From: Macrostomum lignano
Lineage: Eukaryota
NCBI GenBank assembly: GCA_002269645.1
Contig: NIVC01003775.1
Coordinates: 13,429-77,428, forward strand
Reading direction: 5' to 3'
DNA length: 64,000 nucleotides
This document shows positions 11,890 to 24,485 of the stretch, in pieces (within the stretch, counting starts at the first letter, position 1; each line of letters starts with the position of its first letter). The notes beneath the pieces are model-generated. The model saw only the letters and a program-made list of their open reading frames with translations, was not told the DNA's origin and did no database searches. A program made the position numbers and the translations under genes.

Positions 11890-12594
11890 CACATGCACGG
11901 GTCCATAGTCGAAGCTAAAAAAGCTGCCTTCCCCATCGCCGCCAGGCATGGAGAATCTTCGCCGATAGTTGCTGAAATTGTAGGCACTCTCGTGATTGCC
12001 CGGACAGGTCATGTACGGCACGTACGCCGCAATGGGCTCCACCTGACGCATGAACTCATCACCAACCAGGGCATTGTTGGTGTCCATGTTGTAGGCGAAA
12101 TCGCCAACGTGTAGCACCATGTCGAAGTCGCCGGATTGCGCCTCCTTCTGCAGGAAGGGAATCGACTTGCCGTTCGTGTTGCCCATGTCGCCATAGACAG
12201 CGAATCTGGCTGGCCAGTCGGAGCCAGACTTTGTAGCCGTGAACAGGAACACGTCCGACCAGCCCAGCTCGCTGCCCACCCGGTAGACGTACCGCTGTCC
12301 AGGCCTCAGACCGGACATCACGGCTCGGTGGATGTAGATCACCCGCTTCGCCGAACCACCGTCGACAAATTTCTCTTGGATGCCAGAGGCGGATCTGTCG
12401 AATCTGTTGGTGCCGTAGTCTACGGAGGTGCCGTTAGTGGGAGACTGGGTCACCCAGGTGACCACCATCTGGGTGGGGTCATTGGTGACAGACAGGTGCA
12501 CCTGCTCCGGCTGAGGTGACAGTTGGCCCGAGGTCAAACTGATGGCTAGGCCAAGCAGCAGCAACAGACGCTGGGAAATTGCTCTAACAAGCAT
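11890..12594 (-). CDS. ACP7: Purple acid phosphatase (ACP7/PAPL-like), exon 1
   Basis: Signal-peptide-like MLVRAISQRLLLLLGLAISLTSG, FN3-like QPEQVHLS...YVYRVGS, metal ligands GDMG, GDFAY, GNHE; donor GTG|gtgagt at 11889. Spliced product 451 aa. Confidence 0.95.
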
Positions 12595-13492
12595 TGATGT
12601 TGCTTTCGGCAGCCTTGTATCTTCTGAATTTGAAACTTCTGCTCTACCAGGACTGAGAAAGCAAGTCAGCTTACAGTATAGAGCAGCAACAAAATTTTAT
12701 GCAGTTGCCAGTTCCAAATTCTTACAAGTTCGAATAAAGGTCGATACGGTTGGTGCACACTCGCGCTGATATTTACGAGTACACACAGGGCAGTACTAAA
12801 TGGAAAGAGAGACAGAGGTCGCGACTTGCCTGTCACTAGCGATAATCAAGTCATGTGATCACACTGGCCTGTGCGAGCTACTTGTTAAGCACAGGTTAAT
12901 TGCTCTGCAGCAAGTGAACGCCGCCCAGTCATCCAACACCAGCTACAATACAATCTCGCACACAGATCTTAATAAGTTCAACGTCTACTGCCGATTGTTG
13001 GTGCAAAATCTCATGACAGTTAAATATTTAGTTTCGTTCAAGAACACCCAAATTTATACATATTACCAGGGCAGGGACAACTCGTTCAAAACAATGACTA
13101 TGACCAGTAAAGTAAAATAGGAACATCTCATTAAGACAAGGACACTTTCAGTAGTACGACGTATTCCAAGTTTTCTTCCAATTCTTTTTTCGCGCACTCC
13201 CGGTACTTGTCTGCTGGGTGGTGGCTTGGGTGGACTCAGTCTTAGCACCGTCCCTGATTCCACTTTTTCGGTTGGCGGTGTCCTAGTCCATAGGTTTGGG
13301 TTGGCAGATTCCCCTGGCCCAGACGTCAGGGTCCAATCTCGGGGTATCTCGGGCTATATGCCCCTGGTAGTGCCCCTCAGCGGCAGAGCCCCTCCCAGGG
13401 CTGATCCGCGGGTAGCTCCCGGCTTCCCACCCCCGTTTAACAACAAATCGGCACAGGGACGTCGAATTAGGATATGGACGAATGAATTGAGA

Positions 13493-13885
13493 CAGGGACT
13501 CCTAAACCAGGACCAGGACACCTGAATTAATAAAGAGACACCTAAATCAGGACAGGGACAACTAAATCAGGACAGGGACACCTAAATCAGCACAGGGATA
13601 CCTAAATCAGGACAGGGACACCTAAATGAGGATAGGGACACCTAAATCAGGACAGGGACACCTAAATCAGGACAGGTACACCTAAATTAATAGACACCTA
13701 AATCAGGACAGGGACACCTAAATCAGCACAGGGACACCTAAATCAGGACAGGGACACCTAAATCAGGACAGGTACACCTAAATTAATAAAGAGACACCTA
13801 AATCAGGACAGGGGCATTTAAATCAGTACAAAGACATCTACAGCAGAACAGAGACACCTAAACCAGGCCAGGGACACCTAAATCA
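13493..13885. repeat. 20-bp minisatellite
   Basis: AAATCAGGACAGGGACACCT units with occasional AATTAATA interruptions. Confidence 0.9.
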
Positions 13886-14356
13886 AGGGAAGCTTCAAAA
13901 AAACCAAAAGACAAAAGTTGACATCAAGAAAAATTAATCTGTAATGCAGTCAGTTAAAGTTGAAACATTTATAAAGTAACCCAACTTATACAGAAGAAAA
14001 TGCAGACTGATGCTATATATATTTTTTAAATTCAATATTTTCTGTTTGGAGACGACATTTAACCTTGTTGTCACTTGTAGAACATTATTCTACGCGAAAA
14101 TTTCTACGCACACTACTAACACGAGCATTACCGTTATGTGAGTAGTATATTAAGCTTGTGGATCAGTTATAATAGATAAACAAGAAATAAATACTGTATG
14201 CTTGTTTTAAACGACTTTTTATAAGACAGACAGGCTAAAAGTTGCGATGAGTTCGAAACCTACCAGAAGAAGTAGTAACTAACACATTTTATAGTATTAA
14301 TTTTATGTATGCAAACTCCCATTGTTGTTCAAACGCGTCGAAATGATAAGAGAGAT

Positions 14357-14492
14357 TAGGAAAGGACAGATAGAGAGACAGATAGGACAGACAGACAGAC
14401 AGGCAGAGATAGGCAGAAATACACAGACAGTAACACACACTGAAAGACAGACAGACACACACAGGCAGATAGACAGACAGACAGACAGACAC

Positions 14493-14537
<45 letters not shown>

Positions 14538-14624
14538 GACAGGCAGGCAGACAGACAGACAGACAGACAGACAGAGACAGACAGACAGACAGACAGTCAG
14601 ACACTAAGACAGACAGACAGAGGC

Positions 14625-14687
<63 letters not shown>

Positions 14688-14796
14688 GACAGGCAGGCAG
14701 ACAGACAGACAGACAGACAGACAGAGACAGACAGACAGACAGACAGTCAGACACTAAGACAGACAGACAGAGGCAGACAGACAGACAGACAGAGGC

Positions 14797-14845
<49 letters not shown>
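14357..14845. repeat. (GACA)n microsatellite with an internal ~150-bp duplication
   Basis: The GACA tract contains the CAGTCAGACACTAAGAC marker twice (~14596 and ~14746). Confidence 0.95.
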
Positions 14846-15229
14846 TGAGTAGAGGCTGCAGGGATAAAACACGGGAACCAATCAATTCCCAGTTCATATG
14901 TACAAGCAGCAGAGCCAAACGGGATCGCGTACGTCACAACCAGTATCTGTTGTGTTGAATGCCGCAATTGCAACAACAAACAAACCTGCTAAAAATTGTT
15001 TTTAATTTGACTGTTCAATTAATAAAAACCAAGCAGACGAAAATCGTGATTAGACATGAGTAATCCTGACTGTTAGTTGACATTAGCAACCAGATGTTGT
15101 CCCTAGACACGGGTTTATAGTTACACACTAATTTAAGAACAAAGAATCGCAGGTTTAAAAAACACAAATGATTTACAAAGTCGGTTTATTAAAACAAAAA
15201 GGTAGAGTTGAGTTCTATCAGAACAGCCA

Positions 15230-15565
15230 TCACTCGGCGATGGACTTGGCCCAGTCAACACCGTCGCTAGGGGGAGGCCGGGAGCTGAGCACCTGGCCAT
15301 CGCGGTGCACCCTGTCTACCTCGGCTCGCTGCTTCTCATCAGCCAGGCTGGTGTAGAAAATCTCATCCAGGCGAGCCTTCATGCCGCGTAGCTCCTCAGA
15401 TTCCCATGGCAACTGCTTCACCCGCAGCTGCCCGTCCGCCTCAGAGGGCGTCTCCTCATCCGATGAGGTGTAGTCGCGGTTGAGCACGGACTCAAATCGG
15501 GTTCGATCGCCGGCTTCAAGCCCGGGTTTCAGAGTCTCGTAGGCCTTCTGACGTCGGTTCAGTTT
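15230..15565 (-). CDS. C14orf93-like protein, terminal exon (acceptor at 15565; alternative at 15600)
   Basis: KLNRRQKAY...VLNRDYTSSDEE...VKQLPWESEEL..MKARLD...SSRPPP..VDWA follows the C-terminal pattern of C14orf93-like proteins (MS.EE...P.....L...LD...S.R.P). Stop at 15230; AATAAA on minus at 15185-15190. Confidence 0.7.
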   Translation of the reverse strand, partial: KLNRRQKAYETLKPGLEAGDRTRFESVLNRDYTSSDEETPSEADGQLRVKQLPWESEELRGMKARLDEIFYTSLADEKQRAEVDRVHRDGQVLSSRPPPSDGVDWAKSIAE

Positions 15566-15704
15566 CTGGGGATTCGGGTTTGGTAGCCAAGTGAAATTGA
15601 CTGCCGATATGTATCGAAAATATACTTTATTTAATCCTAGATTGCTAGGATTATTAGTTTAGGATTTGGGAACTTTTTGGGAGTCGAGAAACATAGAGTT
15701 AAAG

Positions 15705-16350
15705 GTTAGGATCTTAGATCTTTCCATTCGGGACTCAAGGGATATTGGGATCTGGGATCTTTCCATTCGGGACCCAAGGGATATTGGGATCTGGGATCTT
15801 TTTATTCGGGACTCAAGGGATATTGGGATCTGGGATCTTTCCATTCGGGACCCAAGGGATATTGGGATCTGGGATCTTTCCATTCGGGACTCAAGGGATA
15901 CTAGGATCTGGGATTCTTCCATTCGGGATTCAATGTGTATTAGGTAGGATCAGGGATTTTTTAATTCGGGACTCAAAGGATATTGGGATCTGGGATCTTT
16001 CCATTCGGGACCCAAGGGATATTGGGATCTGGGATCTTTTTATTCGGGACTCAAGGGATATTGGGATCTGAGATCTTTCCATTCGGGACTCAAGGGATAT
16101 TGGGATCTGGGATCTTTCCATTCGGGACCCAAGGGATATTGGGATCTGGGAAATTTCCATTCGGGACTCAAGAGATACTAGGATCTGGGATTCTTCCATT
16201 CGGGATTCAATGTGCATTAGGATTAGGGATTTTTTAATTCGGGACTCAAAGGATATTGGGATCTGGGATCTTTCCATTCGGGACCCAAGGGATATTGGGA
16301 TCTGGGATCTTTCCATTCGGGACTCAAGGGATACTAGGATCTGGGATTTG
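15705..16350. repeat. 40-bp intronic minisatellite (GGGATCT core)
   Basis: GGGATATTGGGATCTGGGATCTTTCCATTCGGGACTCAAG, with a higher-order repeat of about 280 bp. Confidence 0.95.
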
Positions 16351-16377
16351 AATTTTCAACCCAAGAATTTCGTCGAC

Positions 16378-16413
16378 TTTTTGAAGGAACTGGTAGAGCC
16401 TTGTCCAATAAAC
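16378..16413 (-). CDS. C14orf93-like protein, putative small exon 4 (3' boundary uncertain)
   Basis: Acceptor tttttaaatag|GTT, phase 0; VYWTRLYQFLQK. The only in-phase donor is a weak gtcgac. Confidence 0.4.
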
Positions 16414-16552
16414 CTATTTAAAAAGCTTGGTTCCGGGGCTTTTTACAAAATAGCATTATAAGCAATTTACACTACTTAATTTTATTATAAGTAGCATGAT
16501 AAAAATACGGGTTTAAATATAAAAAAGAACTAATAAGTAATTTTGCACTTAC

Positions 16553-16665
16553 AAACATAACTTTGAACAGGTGATCAAATTTGCCAGTGTCCGGTCGGTG
16601 CTTCTCGCGGTGCATCTTGCGCAAGGTGCCCAGATAATAGAGCTTGGTGTACTTCTCGGCCAGCT
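16553..16665 (-). CDS. C14orf93-like protein, exon 3
   Basis: tgcag|AG ... TTT|gtaagt; KLAEKYTKLYYLGTLRKMHREKHRPDTGKFDHLFKVMF; phase fits exon 2. Confidence 0.75.
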
Positions 16666-16752
16666 CTGCAATTACGGAGTGCCAAAATATACAATAAAAG
16701 TTTTCTATAATAAATTTAACCATAATTTAAATAACTAAACTCAAGCACTCAC

Positions 16753-16921
16753 TGGTCCACGAGTTCAGATTGGCTGGCGTAAAGTTGGTCATAGTGCGGG
16801 CCCTCTCAATCACCATGCGAGCCGCCTCGCGATTCACAGGCGCCGAGTAGGGCAGAGAGAAGTCAAATACGCTGCTGTTGCTCTCCTCTTTGAGCTCGCG
16901 GTAGGCCTTGCGAAGGATGCC
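16753..16921 (-). CDS. C14orf93-like protein, exon 2
   Basis: ccgcag|GGC ... ACC A|gtgagt; GILRKAYREL...FDFSLPYSAPVN..AARMVIERA aligns by eye with the FNGSES..SSWN region of C14orf93. Confidence 0.75.
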
Positions 16922-17029
16922 CTGCGGAGTAGGGTGGGAGTAGAGGTGGATTATTGATAGCGGAGTTCCAAGGTGAAAACTGAACAATTGTTATTTTTCA
17001 AAGTACAAAAAGTACAAAAAGATTATTGG

Positions 17030-18680
17030 TACCCTGGATCCTTGATATTTGGGATCTAGGATCTATGATATTTGGGATCTGGGATCTTAGATTTTTGGGA
17101 TCTGGGATCTCTGATTTTGGGATCTGGGATCCTTGATTTTTGGGATCTGGGATCTCTGATTTTGGGATCTGGGATCTTTGATTTTGGGATCTGGGATCTC
17201 TGATTTTGGGAACTGGGATCTCTGATCTTTGGGAACAGGGATCCTTGATTTTTGGAATCTTATCTGGGATCTTTGATTTTTGGGATCTGGGATCTTTGAT
17301 TTTTGGGATCTGGGATCCTTGATTTTTGGGATCTGGCATCTTTGATTTTTGGGATCTGGGATCCATGATATTTGGAATGTGGGATCATTGATATTTGGAA
17401 TATAGGATCTTTGATTTTTGGGATCTGATCTGGGATCTTCAATTTTTGGGATCTGGGATCTCATTTTTGGGATCTGGGATCGCTGATTTTGGAATCTGGG
17501 ATCTTTGATTTTTGGAATCTGGGATCCTTGATATTTGGGATCCGAGATCTTCGATTTTTTAGGATCTAGGATCTTTACTTTAGTTTTTAGGATCTGGAAT
17601 TATAGATTTTGGGATATCAAGGATCTGGGATCTTTGATTTTTTGGGATCTGGGATCTCTGATTTTTAGGATATGGGATCTCTGATTTTTGGGATCTGGGA
17701 TTTCTGATTTTTTGGATCTGAGATCTTTGATTTTTGGGGTCTGGGATCTCTGATTTTTTGGATCTGGTATCTCTGATCTTTGGGAACAGGGATCCTTGAT
17801 TTTTAGGATCTGGGATCTCTGATTTTTAGGATCTGGGATCTCTGATTTTTGGGATCTGGGATCTCTGATTTTTGGGATCTGGGATCTCTGATTTTTAGGA
17901 TCAGGGATCTCTGATTTTTGGGATCTGGGATCTCTGTTATTGGGAACTGGGATCTCTGATCTTTGGAATCTGGGATCCTTGATTTTTAGGATCTGGGATC
18001 TCTGATATTGGGAACTGGGATCTCTGACCTTTGGGAACAGGGATCCTTGATTTTTTGGGTCTGATCTGGGATCTTTGATTTTTGGGATCTGGGATCTTTG
18101 ATTTTTGGGATCTGGGATCCTTGATTTTTGGGATCTGGCATCTATGATATTTGGAATCTGGGATCATTGATATTTGGAATCTGGGATCCTTGATATTTGG
18201 GACCCGAGATCTTCGATCTTTTAGGATCTAGGATCTTTACTTTAGTTTTTAGGATCTGGAATTATAGATTTTGGAATATAAAGGATCTGGGATCTTTGAT
18301 TTTTGGGATCTGGGATTTCTGATTTTTGGGATCTGGGATCCTTGATATTTGGCATCTGGGATCTTTAATATTTGGGATCTGGGATCCTTGATTTTTGGGA
18401 TCTGGCATCTATGATATTTGGAATCTGGGATCATTGATATTTGGAATCTGGGATCCTTGATATTTGGGACCCGAGATCTTCGATCTTTTAGGATCTAGGA
18501 TCTTTACTTTAGTTTTTAGGATCTGGAATTATAGATTTTGGAATATAAAGGATCTGGGATCTTTGATTTTTGGGATCTGGGATTTCTGATTTTTGGGATC
18601 TGGGATCCTTGATATTTGGCATCTGGGATCTTTAATATTTGGAATCTGGGATCCCTGATTTTTGACATCTGGGATCGTTG
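17030..18680. repeat. 22-23-bp intronic minisatellite (GGGATCT core) with higher-order duplication
   Basis: TTGATTTTTGGGATCTGGGATCT units; a ~267-bp block is repeated near-perfectly at 18121 and 18388. Confidence 0.95.
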
Positions 18681-19606
18681 ATTTGGTAATTCAATATTAG
18701 AATTAAAAAGCCAATTTCGAAACCATTTTGAGCACAGGATCGCCCTATCTGCTAAAGTGAAATAAAATTCTTCTTAACCTTCTTTCACAACTTCTTTTCA
18801 TTCTATCAGAAATCCCTAACGTCAAATTCCAAATCTTAAAAAAGTGGGGATGTTTTGCCCCATCGTATCTCCTTCTTAGTTCCAGTTCGGCCTTTATTCC
18901 CCCATTATTCTCCACTCGTGCACTCGTGTTCCCCTCTCAATCCCAAGGCACAACTCGCTGAATAGGGAGGCACAGAAATGGGAGGATTTTCCTGCTTTCT
19001 CCTCTCTCTCTCTCTCTCTCTCTCAGTCTGTCTCTCTCTCATCCAGGCTGACGCGGGAACTGCAGAGGTCGTCTGCGCCATCTGCGGGGGGGATCTCTCT
19101 TTACCCTCTCCTCTCAAAGCCCCCAAACGCAGCGCAGAAACACCGCATCTCTCTTAGTCATCTCTTCCCGCTTCCCTGTCTTCTCTTCAGTCTCTCCCCC
19201 TCTATCCCTCTCTCCCTCCCCTCTCCCCCCCCCCCAGTTTGCAGTCTCGCTATCCGAGCAAGGAAAAGCCTTCATCTACCTCTCTTCCCTCTTGCAGCCT
19301 CAGTAGCCATCCTAGCCATAACCATTCGTTTGCTTCATTCATTTTTTCAGTTTAAGTCTTAATAAAATAAAATTATCTAAAATATCATTTCAACGTTTAG
19401 TATGGTATTTATATTTATACAAAGGCTGCTATTTGCCACTGCGATTGTTTAACTCCGGCCCGCGAAGCCTCTCTGTCCTTTGAAACTTTACGATAGGCTT
19501 GTGTCTCTCTTCTCTCTAATGTCCTGTCTCTTCTCTGCAGTGATGGCTCATCAAGCCGCCTTTTGCAAAACAAAGTTAACAAAAAAAAGTGGCTTGATTG
19601 AACCAT

Positions 19607-20295
19607 ACTAAAATGAGTACCAGAGGCGCTAAAATGAGTACCTAAGACGCTAAATGAGTACCTGAGACGCTAAAATGAGTACCTGAGACGCTAAATGAGT
19701 ACCTGAGACGCTAAATGAGTACCTGAGACGCTAAATGAGTACCTGGGGCGCTAAAATGAGTACCAGAGGCGCTAAAATGAGTACCTAAGACGCTAAATGA
19801 GTACCTGAGACGCTAAATGAGTACCTAAGACGCTAAACATGAGTACATAAGACGCCAAATGAGTACCTAAGGCGCCAAATGAGTACCTAAGACGCTAAAA
19901 ATGAGTACCAGAGGCGCTAAAATGAGTACCTAAGACGCTAAAAATGAGTACCAGAGGCGCTAAATGAGTACCTAAGACGCTAAATGAGTACCTGAGACGC
20001 TAAAGAGTATCTGAGGCGCTAAATGAGTACCCGAGGCGCTAAAATAAGTACCTAAGACGCTAACAATGAGTATCTGAGGCGCTAAAATGAGTACCAGAGG
20101 CGCTAAATGAGTATCTGAGACGCTAAATGAGTACCTGGGGCGCTAAAATGAGTACCTGAGACGCTAAAAATGAGTACCTGAGACGCTAAAAATGCTTACC
20201 TGAGGCGCTAAAATGAGTACCTAAGGCGCTAAAATGAGTACCTAAGGCGCTAAAATGAGTACCTGGGGCGCTAAAATGAGTATCTGAGGCGCCAA
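19607..20295. repeat. 20-22-bp intronic minisatellite
   Basis: GA(G/C)GCTAAA(A)TGAGTACCT(G/A)A, about 30 copies. Confidence 0.95.
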
Positions 20296-21139
20296 AGAAA
20301 CAAAAAATCAATACTAACAACGTCAATTGCCCGAAAATTCTATTTTTTGTATAGGAATTTTCTGCCAAGCATTCTTGGCTCTCTGTGACTCTGTCCTACC
20401 ACCAGCCCCACTGGTATATCTATGGTGACACCCCTGTGAAAGACCGTGTACATCTCTCAGCGCTAAATGAGCCATAACTTGTGAGGGCCTAGGCGACCAG
20501 AGCCCAACTAAAAAAAACCCATTCGATCTGGATCTGCCTCTCTTTCCTTCCCTGCCTCCCTCTCCCGTCTTTCTCTCCCTCCCTCTCTCTCTCCCCCTCT
20601 CTCCACTCCGCAGATCCTGCACACAACAGTCCCGCAACTGAGGCTTCGGCCTCTCTCCTGTTTCTCTCTCTAGCAATCTCTTTGACTTGTGCCTTAGGTC
20701 TGTGTGTGCGTCTCTCTCTCTCTGCCTCTCTCCCTCCTCTCCCTCTCTGCCTTCTATCCAACTCTTACAACCCTTCCCTGACCGATTCTGAAACCCTAGC
20801 CAGCCACACTGCCTTCTCCCTCATACACTCCTTCCCTCTCCCCCCCTCTCTCTCTCTCTGTCTCTCCACTCCACTCGTTTCCTATCTGTTTTAAATGAAT
20901 CTATAGTATCTATAAGCCTGTCTCTGTCTCTCCCTCCCTCTATCTCTGCTACAAGAGTCTCGCACTTGGTCTGGCTAGATCATCAGTGCATCTATCTTCT
21001 TATTTTAGACTCCTTCCTGCGTTGCTTCTAGTTTAGCCATGTACTGGTAAATAAATCTAGTAATGTCACGTTTGCAAAGATGTTAAAAATTGAAATTCAT
21101 TGGATCACAGGGACTTATGGAGTGAGGAATCGGGATTAA

Positions 21140-22360
21140 GGATCGGGATCTGGGATCAGCTAACTTTGGGACTAATAAATCAATCGGGATCTGGGATCAG
21201 CTGACTTTGGGACTAAATCTATGGGGATCTGGGATCAGCTGACTTTGGGACTAAAAAGTCTATCGGAATCTGAGATCAGCCGATTTTGGGACTAAATCTA
21301 TCGGGATCTGGGATCAGCTGACTTTGGGACTAAATCTATCGGGATCTGGGATCAGCTGACTTTGGGACTAAATCTATCGGGATCTGGGATCAGCTGACTT
21401 TGGGACTAATAAATCAATCGGGATCTGGGATCAGCTGACTTTGGGACTTATAAATCAATCGGGATCTGGGATCAGCTGACTTTGGGACTTATAAATCAAT
21501 CGGGATCTGGGATCAGCTGACTTTGGGACTTATAAATCAATCGGTATCTGGGATCAGCTGACTTTGGGACTAATAAATCAATCGGGATCTGGGATCAGCT
21601 GACTTTGGGACTAAATCTATGGGGATCTGGGATCAGCTGACTTTGGGACTAAATCTATCGGGATCTGGGATCAGCTGACTTTGGGACTAAATCTATCGGG
21701 ATCTGGGATCAGCTGACTTTGGGACTAATAAATCAATCGGGATCTGGGATCAGCTGACTTTGGGACTAAATCTATCGGGATCTGGGATCAGCTGACTTTG
21801 GGACTAATAAATCAATCGGGATCTGGGATCAGCTGACTTTGGGACTAAATCTATCGGGATCTGGGATCAGCTGACTTTGGGATTTATAAATCAATCGGGA
21901 TCTGGGATCAGCTGACTTTGGGACTAATAAATCAATCGGGATCTGGGATCAGCTGACTTTGGGACTAATAAATCAATCGGGATCTGGGATCAGCTGACTT
22001 TGGGACTAATAAATCTATCGGGATCTGGGATCAGCTGACTTTGGGACTAATAAATCTATCGGGATCTGGGATCAGCTGACTTTGGGACTAATAAATCTAT
22101 CGGGATCTGGGATCAGCTGACTTTGGGACTAATAAATCAATCGGGATCTGGGATCAGCTGACTTTGGGACTAAATCTATCGGGATCTGGGATCAGCTGAC
22201 TTTGGGACTAAATCTATCGGGATCTGGGATCAGCTGACTTTGGGACTAAATCTATCGGGATCTGGGATCAGCTGACTTTGGGACTAATAAATCAATCGGG
22301 ATCTGGGATCAGCTGACTTTGGGACTAAATCAATCGGGATCTGGGATCAGCTGACTTTAA
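21140..22360. repeat. 37-40-bp intronic minisatellite (GGGATCT core)
   Basis: ATCGGGATCTGGGATCAGCTGACTTTGGGACTAA(TAA)ATC(T/A), highly homogeneous and without unique spacers. Confidence 0.95.
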
Positions 22361-23469
22361 GACTAGATTTAAATCGTTGAATATTTAGCTTCAAAATCTA
22401 CAAAATCCTAAGAATGTGTCTCAAGCATTGTCGCTGGGTTACATTTCCCGCTATCATTAAATTACGCTGTTTTATCAGTCTAACTTCTCAGGATGGCAAT
22501 GGCAAATCTCTCACGCTAGGGGCCCGCAGTCCTCCCTTGCTTCTTTCTCTCTCTCTCTCACTGCAAGTCTAGCTGTGAGTGAGTCAGCCACTTTTTTTCT
22601 CATTCTAATTCTCACCCTGCGAAGTCGGCACACGGCTCACAGGGTGGTGGAGAAGCGCGGAGCTCTCCGTCTCCCCCCTCTCTCTCTGACCCCGCCCAAA
22701 TATCTGATAGCTAGCATAGACTCTCCGAGCCTCTCAGTCTGCTCTCTCCGTCTCTCTCCCCTGCGGGCCGCTCTCTCTCTCTACTCTCGTTCTATTGCAC
22801 GCTCAGTCCAGGCTGTGCATGCCTCTCTTCATATCTAGATCTTACACTGAGAGCCCCACTGCTCTGTCCCTGTCTCGTCTCCTCTCCCCCCCTCTCTCCG
22901 TCTCTCTTTCCTTCCCATTTAGACAGTTCTCTCATTCAATTCTAACTCAGATTGGCAATACGCATTAGAGCTTGTCTCCCTCGTCTTTCTCTCTTCTTCT
23001 CTAAGCCTTCTCTGTCGTCTCCTCTCTCTTCTCTCTCTCACCCCATTTTATCTGAGATATTGACGATTCTTGTCTGCTCTTCTTAGTGAGCTTTAGTGAC
23101 TGAGCCTCCAGCCTTCTCTCCCCTTTTTTACGCTGACAATGTCCAAGCCGAGTAAATATACGATCGATAATAGAATATAGATAAAGAGATGGGAATGTGA
23201 AGGCAAAGGTGTTGTATTAGAGTTCGAAAGATTTAGTAATCTAAAAATTGCGCAATAAATAGTTTTAAGAGGCTTTGCACAATGCGCCTGTCACCTATCA
23301 CACAGAGGGTGTTTAGTAGTGAAAAATTCCTCAGAGTAAAAGGAGTGACTTTCAATGACTTGCAATTGGCACAAATTGAAAGATAATTTGACCTTCTGTT
23401 TTGATTTTTCAGCCATGCTAAGAAGCGACATTCTAAGGGACGTCACGATAATGGGCACCATTCTAATGG

Positions 23470-23830
23470 GTGCCATGCTAAGGGTTTGCCATGCTGAGGG
23501 GGCGCCATGCTAAGTAGCGCCATGCTAAGTAGCGCCATGCTAAGTAGCGCCATTCTAAGTAGCGCCATTCTAAGTAGCGCCATTCTAAGTAGCGCCATTC
23601 TAAGTAGCGCTATGCTAAGTAGCGCCATGCTAGGGGCGCCATACTAGGGGGCGCCATGCTAGGGGGCGCCATTCTAAGTAGCGCCATGCTAAGTAGCGCC
23701 ATGCTAAGGGGCGCCATGCTAAGTAGCGTCGATGCAATGAGGGCGCCATGCAAAGGGGCGCCATGCCGAGGGTCGCCATGATAAAGGGTTCATTCTAAGG
23801 GGCGCCAGGATTAGGGGCGCCATACTAGTA
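23470..23830. repeat. 15-bp intronic minisatellite next to the exon 1 donor
   Basis: CTAAGTAGCGCCAT(G/T) units that decay into GGGGCGCCATG variants. Confidence 0.9.
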
Positions 23831-23885
23831 GGCGCCTAGATAAGGGGCGTCATGTGGGTAAAGCGCAAACCGCTACTGAGCTCAC

Positions 23886-24485
23886 CTTCCATTCAGTCGA
23901 CAGCTCATCCCCTGCCAAATCGCTACCACGTGACTTCTTCGTAGGCGGAATCGGCTGATAGGATGCTAGCATGGAGTTGCCAACACCGGCGCCAAGCAGG
24001 TCGCTCGTATCGGCGCTCATCTCGGCGCCACTGATGGCGCTGAACTCGTCTTCAATAAGGCCGCCACCATCATCATCCGAGGCGGCGTTGGCGGCGGCGG
24101 CTGCGGCGGCGGCTGCTGCAGCGGCGGCGGCAGCGGCGGCTTCCTTGAGCTCGGCTTTAGTGAGGCGCTGCTGGTGCTGCATGGAGGTCTGCGGCATCGC
24201 GGGCAGGCACGGAAGAGTTCGCGCCTGCGGCGGCGGGGGTGGCGGCGGTGCCGGCTGCTGCTGCTGGTCGGCTGTGTCAGCCAAGCGATGCAGCTGAGGG
24301 TCCATGACCTCCACCAGGTGGCTGTTCAGCTGGGAAACGATTCGAAATGCGGTCATGAGGTCACGGACGGGCATGCTGTCAACTAGCATGCTGGCATTGC
24401 TGATGGTGCACTCAAACAGGGTGATAGAGGAGAAAGATGGAGCACCCTGGCTGCCAGAGGGGTTGAGAACAGCTGCGGAGGCCAT
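23886..24485 (-). CDS. C14orf93-like protein, exon 1 (low-complexity N-terminus: polyQ, polyP, polyA)
   Basis: GC-rich ORF MASAAVLN...ELSTEWK with donor AAG|gtgagc, phase 0, matching exon 2. The link across the 7-kb intron is inferred from phase and strand. Confidence 0.65.

Noticed and set aside
13063-13525. GC-rich island with GHIARD resembling a zinc knuckle
   Set aside because: The Cys residues of CCHC are missing, all frames are short, and I see no homology.
14289-14979. ORFs with RQTD / SVCL repeats
   Set aside because: Translations of the (GACA)n microsatellite.
15659-18434. Many ORFs with GIWDL / SQIPK repeats
   Set aside because: Products of intronic GGGATCT arrays between supported exons.
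21140-22360. CRISPR-like regular 37-40-bp repeats (also 29995-31032)
   Set aside because: Units are head-to-tail with no unique spacers, there are no cas genes, and the context is eukaryotic and intronic or intergenic.
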